Positions 9,135 through 18,153 of a stretch of DNA of 64,000 bases are shown here, piece by piece. The stretch covers positions 10,375-74,374 of the IMG/VR virus record IMGVR_UViG_3300033153_006784; one strand, given 5' to 3'. The notes beneath the pieces were generated by a model. It saw nothing but the letters and a program-made list of their open reading frames with translations. It was not told where the DNA came from and searched no databases. This DNA is from a virus. Its lineage: Duplodnaviria; Heunggongvirae; Uroviricota; Caudoviricetes. How positions within the stretch are numbered: the first letter of the stretch is position 1; each line of letters begins with the position of its first letter. The position numbers and the translations under genes were made by a program.

Positions 9135-9182
9135 CTACGTTTTGCAGACGTATGACCTCGCCTATGATCTTGCTTGTCCGGC
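9106..9182 (-). tRNA. tRNA-Cys (GCA), noncanonical D region
   Basis: Minus-strand reading shows the anticodon arm tacgt-ctGCAaa-acgta, T-arm ggggg-ttcgact-ccctc and a mostly paired acceptor stem. No encoded CCA. Overlaps the 3' end of the 8292-9134 ORF. Confidence 0.5.
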
Positions 9183-9225
9183 TTAGTAATATTTATATAT
9201 AACCCTGCTTATATATCTTACTATA

Positions 9226-9954
9226 TTGAGCCTCATTGAGAAAATTGCTGACTTAAAAGGACTTAAAAATAAAGGCGGTGTCTATAAGATCAGTACAGGA
9301 GAAATAATTTTTATCAGCGATGAAGAAGCATACAGTAAAAGATATGCCAATGAACCTCGAATGTTTGTAGGAGATTGGGGTTATTTTGAGAGGACATTTA
9401 CATATTATCAACTATTAATGGGCGTTGGATTAAAAGAAGATAGTAAAGTTCTTGATATCGGTTGTGGCATGTTAAATATGGGTAGACTTTTAATACCTAT
9501 CCTATCACCTGCTTGTTTCTACGGAATAGAACCTAACAAACACCTTATACGTGTCGGATTTGAAACACAGCTTGGATTTGACATAATTCCAACAAAAAGA
9601 CCCAAGTTCAGTACGAACCATGACTTTAACTTAGACGTTTTCGGTGTAGAGTTTGATTATATAATTTCACATTCAGTATTTTCTCATGCCGCACCTGCTC
9701 AGATTCAAAAATGTTTGTCACAAATAAAGAAAGTTTTAAAGGTTGGTGGCGTAGGATTTATCAGCTATGTAAACTCTACTAAAGATATCTTTAGCAGTGA
9801 ATGGGTTTATCCCGGTATTAATCAGTACAAATTTGCAACGATGCGTAAATGGATAGAAGCTGAAGGATTGAATATGGGATTTATTAAGAAAGGTGATAAT
9901 GCATTACAAACTCCAGACAACCAAGTTGTCTTTACCGTCCAGCAAAAAACATAA
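9226..9954 (+). CDS. Class I SAM-dependent methyltransferase
   Basis: Motif I VLDIGCGMLNMG. Confidence 0.7.
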   Translation: MSLIEKIADLKGLKNKGGVYKISTGEIIFISDEEAYSKRYANEPRMFVGDWGYFERTFTYYQLLMGVGLKEDSKVLDIGCGMLNMGRLLIPILSPACFYGIEPNKHLIRVGFETQLGFDIIPTKRPKFSTNHDFNLDVFGVEFDYIISHSVFSHAAPAQIQKCLSQIKKVLKVGGVGFISYVNSTKDIFSSEWVYPGINQYKFATMRKWIEAEGLNMGFIKKGDNALQTPDNQVVFTVQQKT

Positions 9955-10251
9955 CATTTTTATATAAGATGATATATTAAGTATTGCCTAAGTCCTGCCT
10001 ATAGGTTAAAGTTTGGGACAAACCCCGCCTTTGGATGTGTGTCTTAGGAACTGCGGGTAGGGTTGAGACATACTTGTGGGAAAACGAGTGAACAGTGAGA
10101 CGGTAAGGTATAAATCCTGATTCCCGATCAACACCCTTGAAAGTGTTGAAACCTCGGTTGAGTCATAGAGTTTTGAACTCCTGTCATAGTCGGCTTTTCC
10201 CAAAGCCTTGACTACATTGTTTGTCTCCCCTATATTTAGAAGAGTGATAAT

Positions 10252-10476
10252 ATGAGTGAAGAAAGACCGAAACATCCACCAAAATTCTGTCCTAACTGTG
10301 GTAAACCCACTACAAATTGTGTTGAACTTATGACAAACTTTAGAGGTAGCATTGTCTGGGATACTTATTGTAAGGGATGTGAGTGGAGTGGCGATATACG
10401 ACCAGACTCAGACCTTGATTACTACCGTGTTGAAGCCCTAGAGACACATAAACGGTTTAGTTCAGTGATTAAATGA
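10252..10476 (+). CDS. Zinc-ribbon protein
   Basis: CPNCG...C and YCKGC pairs. Confidence 0.4.
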   Translation: MSEERPKHPPKFCPNCGKPTTNCVELMTNFRGSIVWDTYCKGCEWSGDIRPDSDLDYYRVEALETHKRFSSVIK

Positions 10477-11384
10477 GCATACTAATAGCGACATCAACAA
10501 AACTTCACTACTTGGATAATGATAGAAAATTACATTCACTTGTACCGTATAGTTTTGTATATGGAATTACATGGGATAAAAACCAACTATACCTTGGGTT
10601 GCGGAGACATCCGTACATATCAGAACAATCGATAGGAGTGTTTGACGATCAATTTGAATTTGTAAAGAGATTACCTACTAAAGACTTGGATGATATACAT
10701 CAAATAATTTATCACGATGAAAAAATTTACATTACAAACACACGACATGAACGTGTTGATATAGTAGATAAAGATTATAATCAATCACAGCTTATTTATA
10801 CAGGCAAACCACAAAAGGGATTACATTTAAACTCGGTGTGGATAAATGATGATAAGATTTACCTAGTAGAACATAGACGCTCCGCAGGAAGTCGAGTTAG
10901 AATTCTTTATGGATATGATCCAGCTACTACTATTAGAACTACTAGAACTATAGATATAGGAAAAGGTGTACATGGAGTCTATGAAGAAGATAATTTCTTA
11001 TACGTATGTTCAAGCGAAAGAAATAAAATACTCAGATATGATTTAGATACAAAGAAAACTGAAATAGTTGTAAACTTTGCTGAGTTTATCAAAGGACATT
11101 GTAGAGGTATATGTCGGACTAAAGATAAATGGTACATCGGTATGTCTATGACAGGGCCAAAAGCCAGCAGACACCAGCTAAAAGGTTCAGCAGTTTTTGT
11201 ACTGGATAATAACTTTGAGATATTAGAACACATCAAGTTGAAGAAAACATACGGACAATTGAATGAGCTTCGAATCGTTGATGAGACAGATTACGCACAT
11301 AATCAGATACCATTCCCATACGATATAGAAAAGTTTATATATGATCGTGACCACATACTAGATGATCAAAATGAACTTGAATAG
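10473..11384 (+). CDS. Hypothetical protein
   Basis: 303-aa ORF with no recognised motif. Confidence 0.35.
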   Translation: MSILIATSTKLHYLDNDRKLHSLVPYSFVYGITWDKNQLYLGLRRHPYISEQSIGVFDDQFEFVKRLPTKDLDDIHQIIYHDEKIYITNTRHERVDIVDKDYNQSQLIYTGKPQKGLHLNSVWINDDKIYLVEHRRSAGSRVRILYGYDPATTIRTTRTIDIGKGVHGVYEEDNFLYVCSSERNKILRYDLDTKKTEIVVNFAEFIKGHCRGICRTKDKWYIGMSMTGPKASRHQLKGSAVFVLDNNFEILEHIKLKKTYGQLNELRIVDETDYAHNQIPFPYDIEKFIYDRDHILDDQNELE

Positions 11385-11637
11385 AAAAGAAAGAGACACT
11401 ACTCTCATCACTGTTGAAGTTAGTTGAAACACTGATCCACGTTCTGTTAAGAAAATGATCTCGAAAGAGATGAATACCGCATCAAATATTAAAGCAAAGA
11501 AAACTAGGTTGAAGGTTTCCACCGCACTACGTAGAATATTTTCGTTATTTAGCGAAAGTTTCGGTAATTACCGAAAATCTGGTGTGTTTGTTTTCTCGGC
11601 ACACGATGGTATCTGAACAATTTATCCAGATATACCA

Positions 11638-11979
11638 TTGACCGTGAACAATTATCATTGTGGTAAAACTTTTAAGATCGATTTGCTTCAGCTTCATTTA
11701 AATCCGAAGCAAAAAGAATACGTTATAGATGTCAATGAAAAGACAGCAAAGCTTCTAATTAAACAAGGAGATTTTATATCTACAGTTGAAACTTTAGCTT
11801 CAGGTATATCTTCAGACCATAATCAAGGTGGACAGTCTCAAAATAGATTTCATAGGAAACGAGAGCAAGCAATCAAACAGTTCTGTAAAAGGATACTGAA
11901 AAGAAGTAAAGAGTTAGAGTTTATAGAACCTAAATATACTGGAAACGAAAGACTTATAAATATCTTAGAAGATATATAG
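11638..11979 (+). CDS. Hypothetical protein
   Basis: ORF only. Confidence 0.3.
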   Translation: MTVNNYHCGKTFKIDLLQLHLNPKQKEYVIDVNEKTAKLLIKQGDFISTVETLASGISSDHNQGGQSQNRFHRKREQAIKQFCKRILKRSKELEFIEPKYTGNERLINILEDI

Positions 11980-12042
11980 AATGACATAGGAAGTTCCTAA
12001 AAAACAAGCCTGTTAAGCTATAATTACTTCCCGTCAATCCAT

Positions 12043-12723
12043 GTGATAACGATGAGAGAAGTTACGACAAGTATTTTAAAGAATATAGAATATGGAAAAT
12101 ATATACCCGTAATACATAACTATACCAGTAGAGATATTAATATTCAGCGTTCACAAGTTCTGCGAGATTTCTTAATATGGGATGAGACTAAAAGAGGTTT
12201 AGTTGCAGACGTAGGTATAGGTTACGGACAAATGGCAGCAGAATTTGCAAAACTTGGGTGGATGGTTCACGGTTACGATCCAGACCCTTTTCAGTTAGTA
12301 TTATCTGCTACCTATATTAATTACTTATTAGGTCAACCGTACATTGCAAACCTAATTGACATAAGTAAAGAACCATTGCCTTCAATGTACGATTATGTTG
12401 TATGCGGTCAAGTTTTAGAACATATACCAAATGAAGGAGAGGCTTTAAAAAATCTAGCTTCTGGAGTTATGCGTGGAGGGTGGTTGATTATAGATGTACC
12501 TTTGAATGAGACACTTAAAACGACAGATAATCCTCCAAAAGAAGTAGAGACACCGTTCCCAGAGAAATATTATACGTATGATCATTTAAGAACATATACA
12601 GATGCTAAAAGAATTGTGTCACGATTAGAAGAATGTGGATTATCGTATTATAATACAAGAATTATAGAGGGAACAAAACCTGAACCTTGGGAAGTATTAT
12701 TTTTATGGATGCGAAGAAAATGA
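12043..12723 (+). CDS. Class I SAM-dependent methyltransferase
   Basis: VADVGIGYGQMAAEFAKLGWMVHGYDPD (motif I plus the acidic residue). Confidence 0.7.
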   Translation: MITMREVTTSILKNIEYGKYIPVIHNYTSRDINIQRSQVLRDFLIWDETKRGLVADVGIGYGQMAAEFAKLGWMVHGYDPDPFQLVLSATYINYLLGQPYIANLIDISKEPLPSMYDYVVCGQVLEHIPNEGEALKNLASGVMRGGWLIIDVPLNETLKTTDNPPKEVETPFPEKYYTYDHLRTYTDAKRIVSRLEECGLSYYNTRIIEGTKPEPWEVLFLWMRRK

Positions 12724-13142
12724 AAAGACCAGAATTAAAAGACAAAGAGAAAATTCAGTTCTTATCTAAAATTTTAGCAAGACTGTTCGGATATTCCGGA
12801 TCTGTTAAGTTAGATTGGAGACAAGAAATGTTTGGTGAATATCATCAACTAACATTAAAAAATGTAGATTTAAGTTATGACAATATAAGATTATTAGAAC
12901 CTTTATCTGCAATGTTTGATTTACAGTTAGATAACAGAGCTTATATTGGTGAAGAAGTTCTTGATAGTGATGATGGAAAGATTAGACTCATACATACTGA
13001 TCAAGATTTAGTTATAACAGAAAACTATGAGACACATCTACTAAGACTGTCACCAAAAAAATTCAAGAAAGAAAGAAGTCATTACGAGATAGAGTGGACA
13101 AAAGAAGACGAAGAAAAGTACGACCACAACACCGTAGAATAG
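12687..13142 (+). CDS. Hypothetical protein
   Basis: ORF overlapping its neighbour by 37 nt. Confidence 0.3.
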   Translation: MGSIIFMDAKKMKRPELKDKEKIQFLSKILARLFGYSGSVKLDWRQEMFGEYHQLTLKNVDLSYDNIRLLEPLSAMFDLQLDNRAYIGEEVLDSDDGKIRLIHTDQDLVITENYETHLLRLSPKKFKKERSHYEIEWTKEDEEKYDHNTVE

Positions 13143-13170
13143 AAATATTTTTATATAGGTTCATCTATTT

Positions 13171-14128
13171 ATGTACAAACATGAGATTTGAAAACGCAGA
13201 AATATTAATTTCTGGCGGTGCTGGATTTATTGGTTCATGGTTATGTGAATACCTCCTAGATGAAGGAGCAAGAGTTATCAGCATCGACAATATGAGTACA
13301 GGTAGTTGGAATAATGTCCGGCACTTAAAAAATAATCCGAATTTTACTCAGTACGTATATGACGTTCAAGACCCAAAAATAGTAGATGATTTCAAGGTAG
13401 CATGCTTTGATATTGTAATGCATTTTGCATCCCTTGCGTCACCATTCCACTTTCCAGAATATCCCATTGAAATTCTAGATACGAATCTTTTGGGAACGAG
13501 AAATATGTTAGAGATTGCACGTTCTAGTGACGCTAGATTTATGTTTGCATCTACAAGTGAAGTATATGGAGATACAGATGTTATTCCTATTCCTGAAACT
13601 TATAGAGGTAACGTAAATCTTGAAGGTGTCAGAGGGTGCTATGACGAAGGTAAACGTGGCGGAGAAGCATACTGCTACGCATATAAAAGAAAATATGACT
13701 TGGATGTTCGCATTGCGAGAATATTTAATACATACGGTGAACGGATGCCGAAAGATAGGAGAGTTGTGCCTAACTTTTTAGGGAGAGCGTTGGCAGGTAA
13801 ACCTTTACACATCTTTGGAGATGGTACACAAACAAGAGCATATATGTACATCGAAGATTTAATTGAAGGGTTACTCTTACTGTTAGAGGCTGAAGATATG
13901 TCCGGGATACCAGTAAATCTTGGACAACAAAAGGAAACCACAGTCCTGAACTTGGCAGAAATAGTTCTGAATCTTACAAAGAGTAAGTCCGATCTTGAGT
14001 ACCACCCGCTCCCTGAAGACGACCCGAAGAGACGACTACCTGACATCACTAGAGCTAGAGAAATGCTTGGATGGGAACCTATTATCGATCTGAACGAAGG
14101 CATACGTAGAACCCTTGAAGAATGGTAA
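13171..14128 (+). CDS. UDP-glucuronate decarboxylase (UDP-xylose synthase)-like NAD-dependent epimerase/dehydratase
   Basis: GGAGFIGSWL Rossmann motif, YxxxK, and the near-exact UXS block RIARIFNTYGERM. The likely start is MRFENAEIL at 13171, although the ORF frame opens at 13094. Confidence 0.85.
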
Positions 14129-14159
14129 AACTTATAAGCCAGTTCTACACCAATAAGTT

Positions 14160-14231
14160 GTCGCTATAGCCTAATGGGAGAGCGGGAGGCTGTTAACCTT
14201 CGAGGAGTGGGTTCGATTCCTACTAGCGACG
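14160..14231 (+). tRNA. tRNA-Asn (GTT)
   Basis: Acceptor gtcgcta/tagcgac, anticodon arm ggagg-ctGTTaa-ccttc, T-arm gtggg-ttcgatt-cctac. Confidence 0.8.
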
Positions 14232-14235
14232 CTAT

Positions 14236-14312
14236 GGGGAAGTGAGCTAGTGGTCTATGCTTCCTGACTTGGACTCAGGTTATCGTCAGTTCGAATCTGA
14301 CCTTCCCCACCA
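14236..14312 (+). tRNA. tRNA-Pro (TGG), CCA encoded
   Basis: Acceptor ggggaag/cttcccc, anticodon arm cctga-ctTGGac-tcagg, T-arm gtcag-ttcgaat-ctgac, 3' CCA. Confidence 0.8.
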
Positions 14313-14345
14313 TAATGTTTTTATATAAGCTATTGTATTTATCTC

Positions 14346-14927
14346 ATGATCAAAATGAAAGCAGGGTTAATAATAGTTATAGTTATCACAATGTTGGTAT
14401 TATCTTCTGTTACGTGGGTAATAACAACTAATAATATGTTAATTAATGCACACGAAGAAACAAACAGACTACATGCTGAGATAGGCAACCAATATGAGAG
14501 AAGATATACTCTGATTCCTAGACTTGTAAATGCTACAAAGTTATACATCAATTATGAAACAAAGTTACTCACGGATATAACCGAAGCAAGAAGTCAATGG
14601 GGTAAAGCTCTAGCGTCTGGACAAAACTTAGAAAATGCAGCGTCAGGATTAGAAAACGTTGCCAATAGATTAATGGTGCTAGTTACAACAGAAAATTATC
14701 CTGAACTTAAAGGAGATACATTGGTTATAGGATTGATGGATGAATTGGCAGGTACAGAAAATAGATGCTCACACGCTAGAAGAAATTATAATGATGCGGT
14801 CATATCATATAACAAACAAGTTAGATATTTCCCAAATTCATTGATTGCAGGAATGTTCGGATTCCAACTTAGAGAAACATTTGAAATTAATGGTAATGCG
14901 TGGAATGCTCCACAGGTGGTAATATGA
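14346..14927 (+). CDS. LemA-family protein
   Basis: N-terminal TM and the LemA C-terminal block RRNYNDAVISYNKQVRYFPNSLIAGMFGF. Confidence 0.75.
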   Translation: MIKMKAGLIIVIVITMLVLSSVTWVITTNNMLINAHEETNRLHAEIGNQYERRYTLIPRLVNATKLYINYETKLLTDITEARSQWGKALASGQNLENAASGLENVANRLMVLVTTENYPELKGDTLVIGLMDELAGTENRCSHARRNYNDAVISYNKQVRYFPNSLIAGMFGFQLRETFEINGNAWNAPQVVI

Positions 14928-16078
14928 GACAGAAAAAATTATACTACTCTATACTTTTAGCTATAGCGATGGCACTTGCACTTGCAAGTAATGTAAAAGG
15001 AATCAGACCAAACTATGTCTACGATGAAGAGGGTTTGTTATTCGAATATCAAGAAGATCAACTTGAGGAATTCTTAACTGCAATAGATACTAACTATAGT
15101 GTTGAAATAGTCGTGGTAACTTTGAAAGTCTTCCCGAACAACATCACAGGCGATGATGCAAAGTACGTAGTCTTTAACGATATAGAACTTGATAACAGAA
15201 CAGGTATCGGCAATCCTGAGACAGATAAAGGCGTATTATTCTTAATGTCTTGGGCTGAGAACTATGTAGGAATCGAAGTCGGATATGGACTAGAAGGAGA
15301 CTTGACAGATGCACAGGCAGGAAGAATACTTGATGAATTTATACCAATCTATTTAGAAGATACATACAAAGGATTTGAATATGTAGTTGAAGCTATCGCA
15401 GGACATGTAGGATATGAAGAACCATCACAACCACAAGGAGAAGATAATACAATGACGTACATATTCATAGGAGTATTAGTGTTTGTAGGTATAGCATTTT
15501 TGTGGATTGTATCATCGTGGAATCAAAGAGCGATGAAAAAAGCAAGATCAGTCCGACGACTAAGAGATGCAGATAAGATGAAGTACAATTCTTTACAGTC
15601 AGAAATATATAGAACCAGAGAAAACTATGAACAGAAATTAAAAGAAGCCGAAGCGAGACTTAAACCAAAGCCCGTAGAAGTACATCAATGTCCACATTGT
15701 AACGATACACGTAGAGTACAAGTTCAAAATTCTAAACCTGATGAAGAAGTTCGAAATGGTTGGTGGTGGTACTTTGTAGGACTTAGTTTAATGTGTCTCA
15801 CATGTGGTACTTACTTTGGCATGAAACAGAATGAAAAACGTGTCGAAGGCATTAAAACTAGAAGATCAAGATTGAAAAGAGAAGCTAAAGAAGCCGAAGA
15901 AGAAAGACAAAGACGACGAAAAATACAAGAAGAGGAAGATGAACGAAGAGCTAGAGATAGACGAAGAAGAATGTCAAGCCCATCCAGATCCAGTAGCCCA
16001 TCCAGTAGCCCATCTAGGTCTAACTTTGGTGGCGGAAGGTCTGGCGGTGGCGGAGCAAGCAGGACTATCAGACCCTAA
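14900..16078 (+). CDS. TPM-domain (DUF477 / methanol-dehydrogenase-repair-like) protein with TM, Zn-ribbon and Arg/Ser-rich tail
   Basis: Signal/TM, then a TPM-like core (GDDAKYVVFNDIELDNRTG...GVLFLMSWAENYVGIEVGYGLEGDLTDAQAGRILDEF). Followed by a TM helix, CPHCND...C..C and a C-terminal RRRRMSSPSRSSSPSSSPSR low-complexity tail. Confidence 0.7.
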   Translation: MECSTGGNMRQKKLYYSILLAIAMALALASNVKGIRPNYVYDEEGLLFEYQEDQLEEFLTAIDTNYSVEIVVVTLKVFPNNITGDDAKYVVFNDIELDNRTGIGNPETDKGVLFLMSWAENYVGIEVGYGLEGDLTDAQAGRILDEFIPIYLEDTYKGFEYVVEAIAGHVGYEEPSQPQGEDNTMTYIFIGVLVFVGIAFLWIVSSWNQRAMKKARSVRRLRDADKMKYNSLQSEIYRTRENYEQKLKEAEARLKPKPVEVHQCPHCNDTRRVQVQNSKPDEEVRNGWWWYFVGLSLMCLTCGTYFGMKQNEKRVEGIKTRRSRLKREAKEAEEERQRRRKIQEEEDERRARDRRRRMSSPSRSSSPSSSPSRSNFGGGRSGGGGASRTIRP

Positions 16079-16083
16079 TCTCA

Positions 16084-16154
16084 CGCCCTGTATATAACGG
16101 ACAGTTCCAAAGTCTTCGAAACTTTGGGTTTGGGTTCAATTCCCGACAGGGCGA
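16084..16154 (+). tRNA. tRNA-Arg (TCG), compact D arm
   Basis: Acceptor cgccctg/cagggcg, anticodon arm (cc)aaagt-ctTCGaa-acttt(gg), T-arm ttggg-ttcaatt-cccga. Followed by a T-run. The D arm is short and noncanonical. Confidence 0.5.
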
Positions 16155-16238
16155 TACTTTTTTATATCGATTTACTCTCAATTTAGTACAAGTCGATACC
16201 TTTTTATATAAGAAGTTCATAATAATACTTGATACTTA

Positions 16239-16667
16239 ATGAAGAAAATTGGAAATTTAACATTAGATATTGTACTACCACTTCTTCTTATGGATGCTAA
16301 TAAACCTATGACCAAAAAAGAACTTTATGGAAAAGTAAAACATAAAGTTACTGTTAAAGAATTCAATACATCATTAAAAAATGCTTATGAGAGGGATCAA
16401 CTTTGGATAACATTCGAGCCTAATAAGGGAACTGGTAAATCTAAAAGACTCTATGAAGCAAGAGATATTTACGGATCGTTACGAAGTATGCACTCCATAT
16501 ATATGTACAAAGTTATAGAAGAATTAAACAACAATACTTTAATGCAACCAAGAGAGTCACTATTATTGTTAGAAGTTAAAATTAAAGATATCCATGTGAA
16601 CAGACTTATAAAGCATATAAATTCGTTACCTTACGCAGAGGTAGAAGTAGATGGAAAAAGCGGATAG
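16239..16667 (+). CDS. Hypothetical protein
   Basis: ORF only. Confidence 0.3.
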   Translation: MKKIGNLTLDIVLPLLLMDANKPMTKKELYGKVKHKVTVKEFNTSLKNAYERDQLWITFEPNKGTGKSKRLYEARDIYGSLRSMHSIYMYKVIEELNNNTLMQPRESLLLLEVKIKDIHVNRLIKHINSLPYAEVEVDGKSG

Positions 16668-17583
16668 AAAGAAACTAGCATCAGGTGACTATAAACTTAG
16701 AACTATCGACCCAGATGCTTTAAAGAAATCACGTTCAATTAAACAGAAATGGGATGAAGAGTTTGGATTCAGACCTAAGAGTATATGGAATGTTAAAACT
16801 AAAGCTAATTTTGGGCAGGATAAGGAATTACAAGAGTTACTTTTTCCTAAAACTTTAGCAAGTGGTTCATACGTAACGGGCAACACTAAAGAAGGATATA
16901 TGTTAGTTCCGAAAAAGAAATCCTTATCACAGTTCCCTCTCGACTTGGGTATGAGACTTGTTAAATTTTATACCGATGAATTCGACAATGTTTTTGATCC
17001 ATTTGCAGGCATGGGTGAAAGGATGCAAATTACAGCATATTTAAATAGGTGTTATACAGGGTACGATATTAGTAGATTATTTTATTATCAACGAGAAAAC
17101 TTGATATCTTGTACAAACTTGAAAGGAATTAGAAAACATTATCTGAGAGATAGTAGAAATGTAGACTTAGAACCTAAAGAATTTTATGATTATATTTTAA
17201 CATCACCGCCATATTATAATGTAGAAGTTAAAGCATACGGAAATGAACCTGAACAGTTAGGTAACGCTGGAAGTTATCAAAGATTTTTAGACGATTATAA
17301 GTTCATAATTCTTCAACTTTATCGGATACTAAAACCGGGAAGATTCTGTACGTTTGTAGTTGGTAATTTTAGAAGAGGAAAGAAGCTAACACCATTCACA
17401 GAAGATACTGTTAAAATATTTACAGATGTTGGTTTTGATTATCACGACAACGTAGTGTATGAACACAGCACGTTCTCAGCTATGTTTACAAAGGCAATCC
17501 TTAAATACAGGAGAATGGGTAAGACTCATGAGAATATCTTAACATTCCGCAAGCCGGGAGATTGGCACGAATTTGATGAATAG
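16651..17583 (+). CDS. DNA methyltransferase (N6-adenine / N4-cytosine, DPPY class)
   Basis: Motif I DPFAGMG and motif IV TSPPYYN (the (D/S)PPY amino-methyltransferase signature). Confidence 0.8.
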   Translation: MEKADRKKLASGDYKLRTIDPDALKKSRSIKQKWDEEFGFRPKSIWNVKTKANFGQDKELQELLFPKTLASGSYVTGNTKEGYMLVPKKKSLSQFPLDLGMRLVKFYTDEFDNVFDPFAGMGERMQITAYLNRCYTGYDISRLFYYQRENLISCTNLKGIRKHYLRDSRNVDLEPKEFYDYILTSPPYYNVEVKAYGNEPEQLGNAGSYQRFLDDYKFIILQLYRILKPGRFCTFVVGNFRRGKKLTPFTEDTVKIFTDVGFDYHDNVVYEHSTFSAMFTKAILKYRRMGKTHENILTFRKPGDWHEFDE

Positions 17584-17869
17584 AGATAATATTAAAGGAC
17601 AAAACATCTGGCGAGAAGATAGATCCACTTCAAACAAAGACGGTACTATCACAGTTTTACCTACATGGTATATGGCAATGCCTTGCTCTGTACATAGTGA
17701 ATTAAAAAGCTGTATTGTAAAAATTATGTTGGTTCCATACAGAACAAGTATGCATGGTACGTGTATATATAGGGTTCCAACAGGAAAAGCGGGAGATTTT
17801 ATACGGGGAAGATTAAATGATATCTTGTGTGGAAATAAAAAGTGTCCGTTTTATGATGAGGATATCTGA
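17573..17869 (+). CDS. Hypothetical Cys-containing small protein
   Basis: ORF only. Confidence 0.25.
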   Translation: MMNRDNIKGQNIWREDRSTSNKDGTITVLPTWYMAMPCSVHSELKSCIVKIMLVPYRTSMHGTCIYRVPTGKAGDFIRGRLNDILCGNKKCPFYDEDI

Positions 17870-17879
17870 TAACTGGTAA

Positions 17880-18029
17880 GCCTTGGTGAACGGTGAACTA
17901 ACGAAGGGAAAGTATAAGTCACATGGACTTTAACTTGTCGAGTAATTACGGAACTGAATGGAGTTCAAAGAGCTTGCTTCCTGTCATGTAAGGGAAGTAA
18001 TGATGTGGGTTCAATTCCCACCCAAGGTA
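17880..18029 (+). ncRNA. tRNA-like element of about 150 nt with a canonical T-arm and paired termini, possibly an intron-containing or noncanonical tRNA
   Basis: T-arm gtggg-ttcaatt-cccac, then ccaaggt pairing with gccttgg at 17880. Internal hairpin cttcc-tgtcatgtaag-ggaag (11-nt loop containing TCA). No clean cloverleaf could be built by eye. Confidence 0.3.
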
Positions 18030-18041
18030 TCACAAATATTT

Positions 18042-18117
18042 GGGGTAGTAGCTAAATGGTTAAGGCACTCGGCTCCAGACCGAAAGATTGTTGGTTCGAA
18101 TCCAGCTTACCCCACCA
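18042..18117 (+). tRNA. tRNA-Trp (CCA), CCA encoded
   Basis: Acceptor ggggtag/ttacccc, anticodon loop ctCCAga, T-arm gttgg-ttcgaat-ccagc, 3' CCA. Confidence 0.7.
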
Positions 18118-18153
18118 ATACATTTATATTTAACTTAATGTTTTATATAACAG

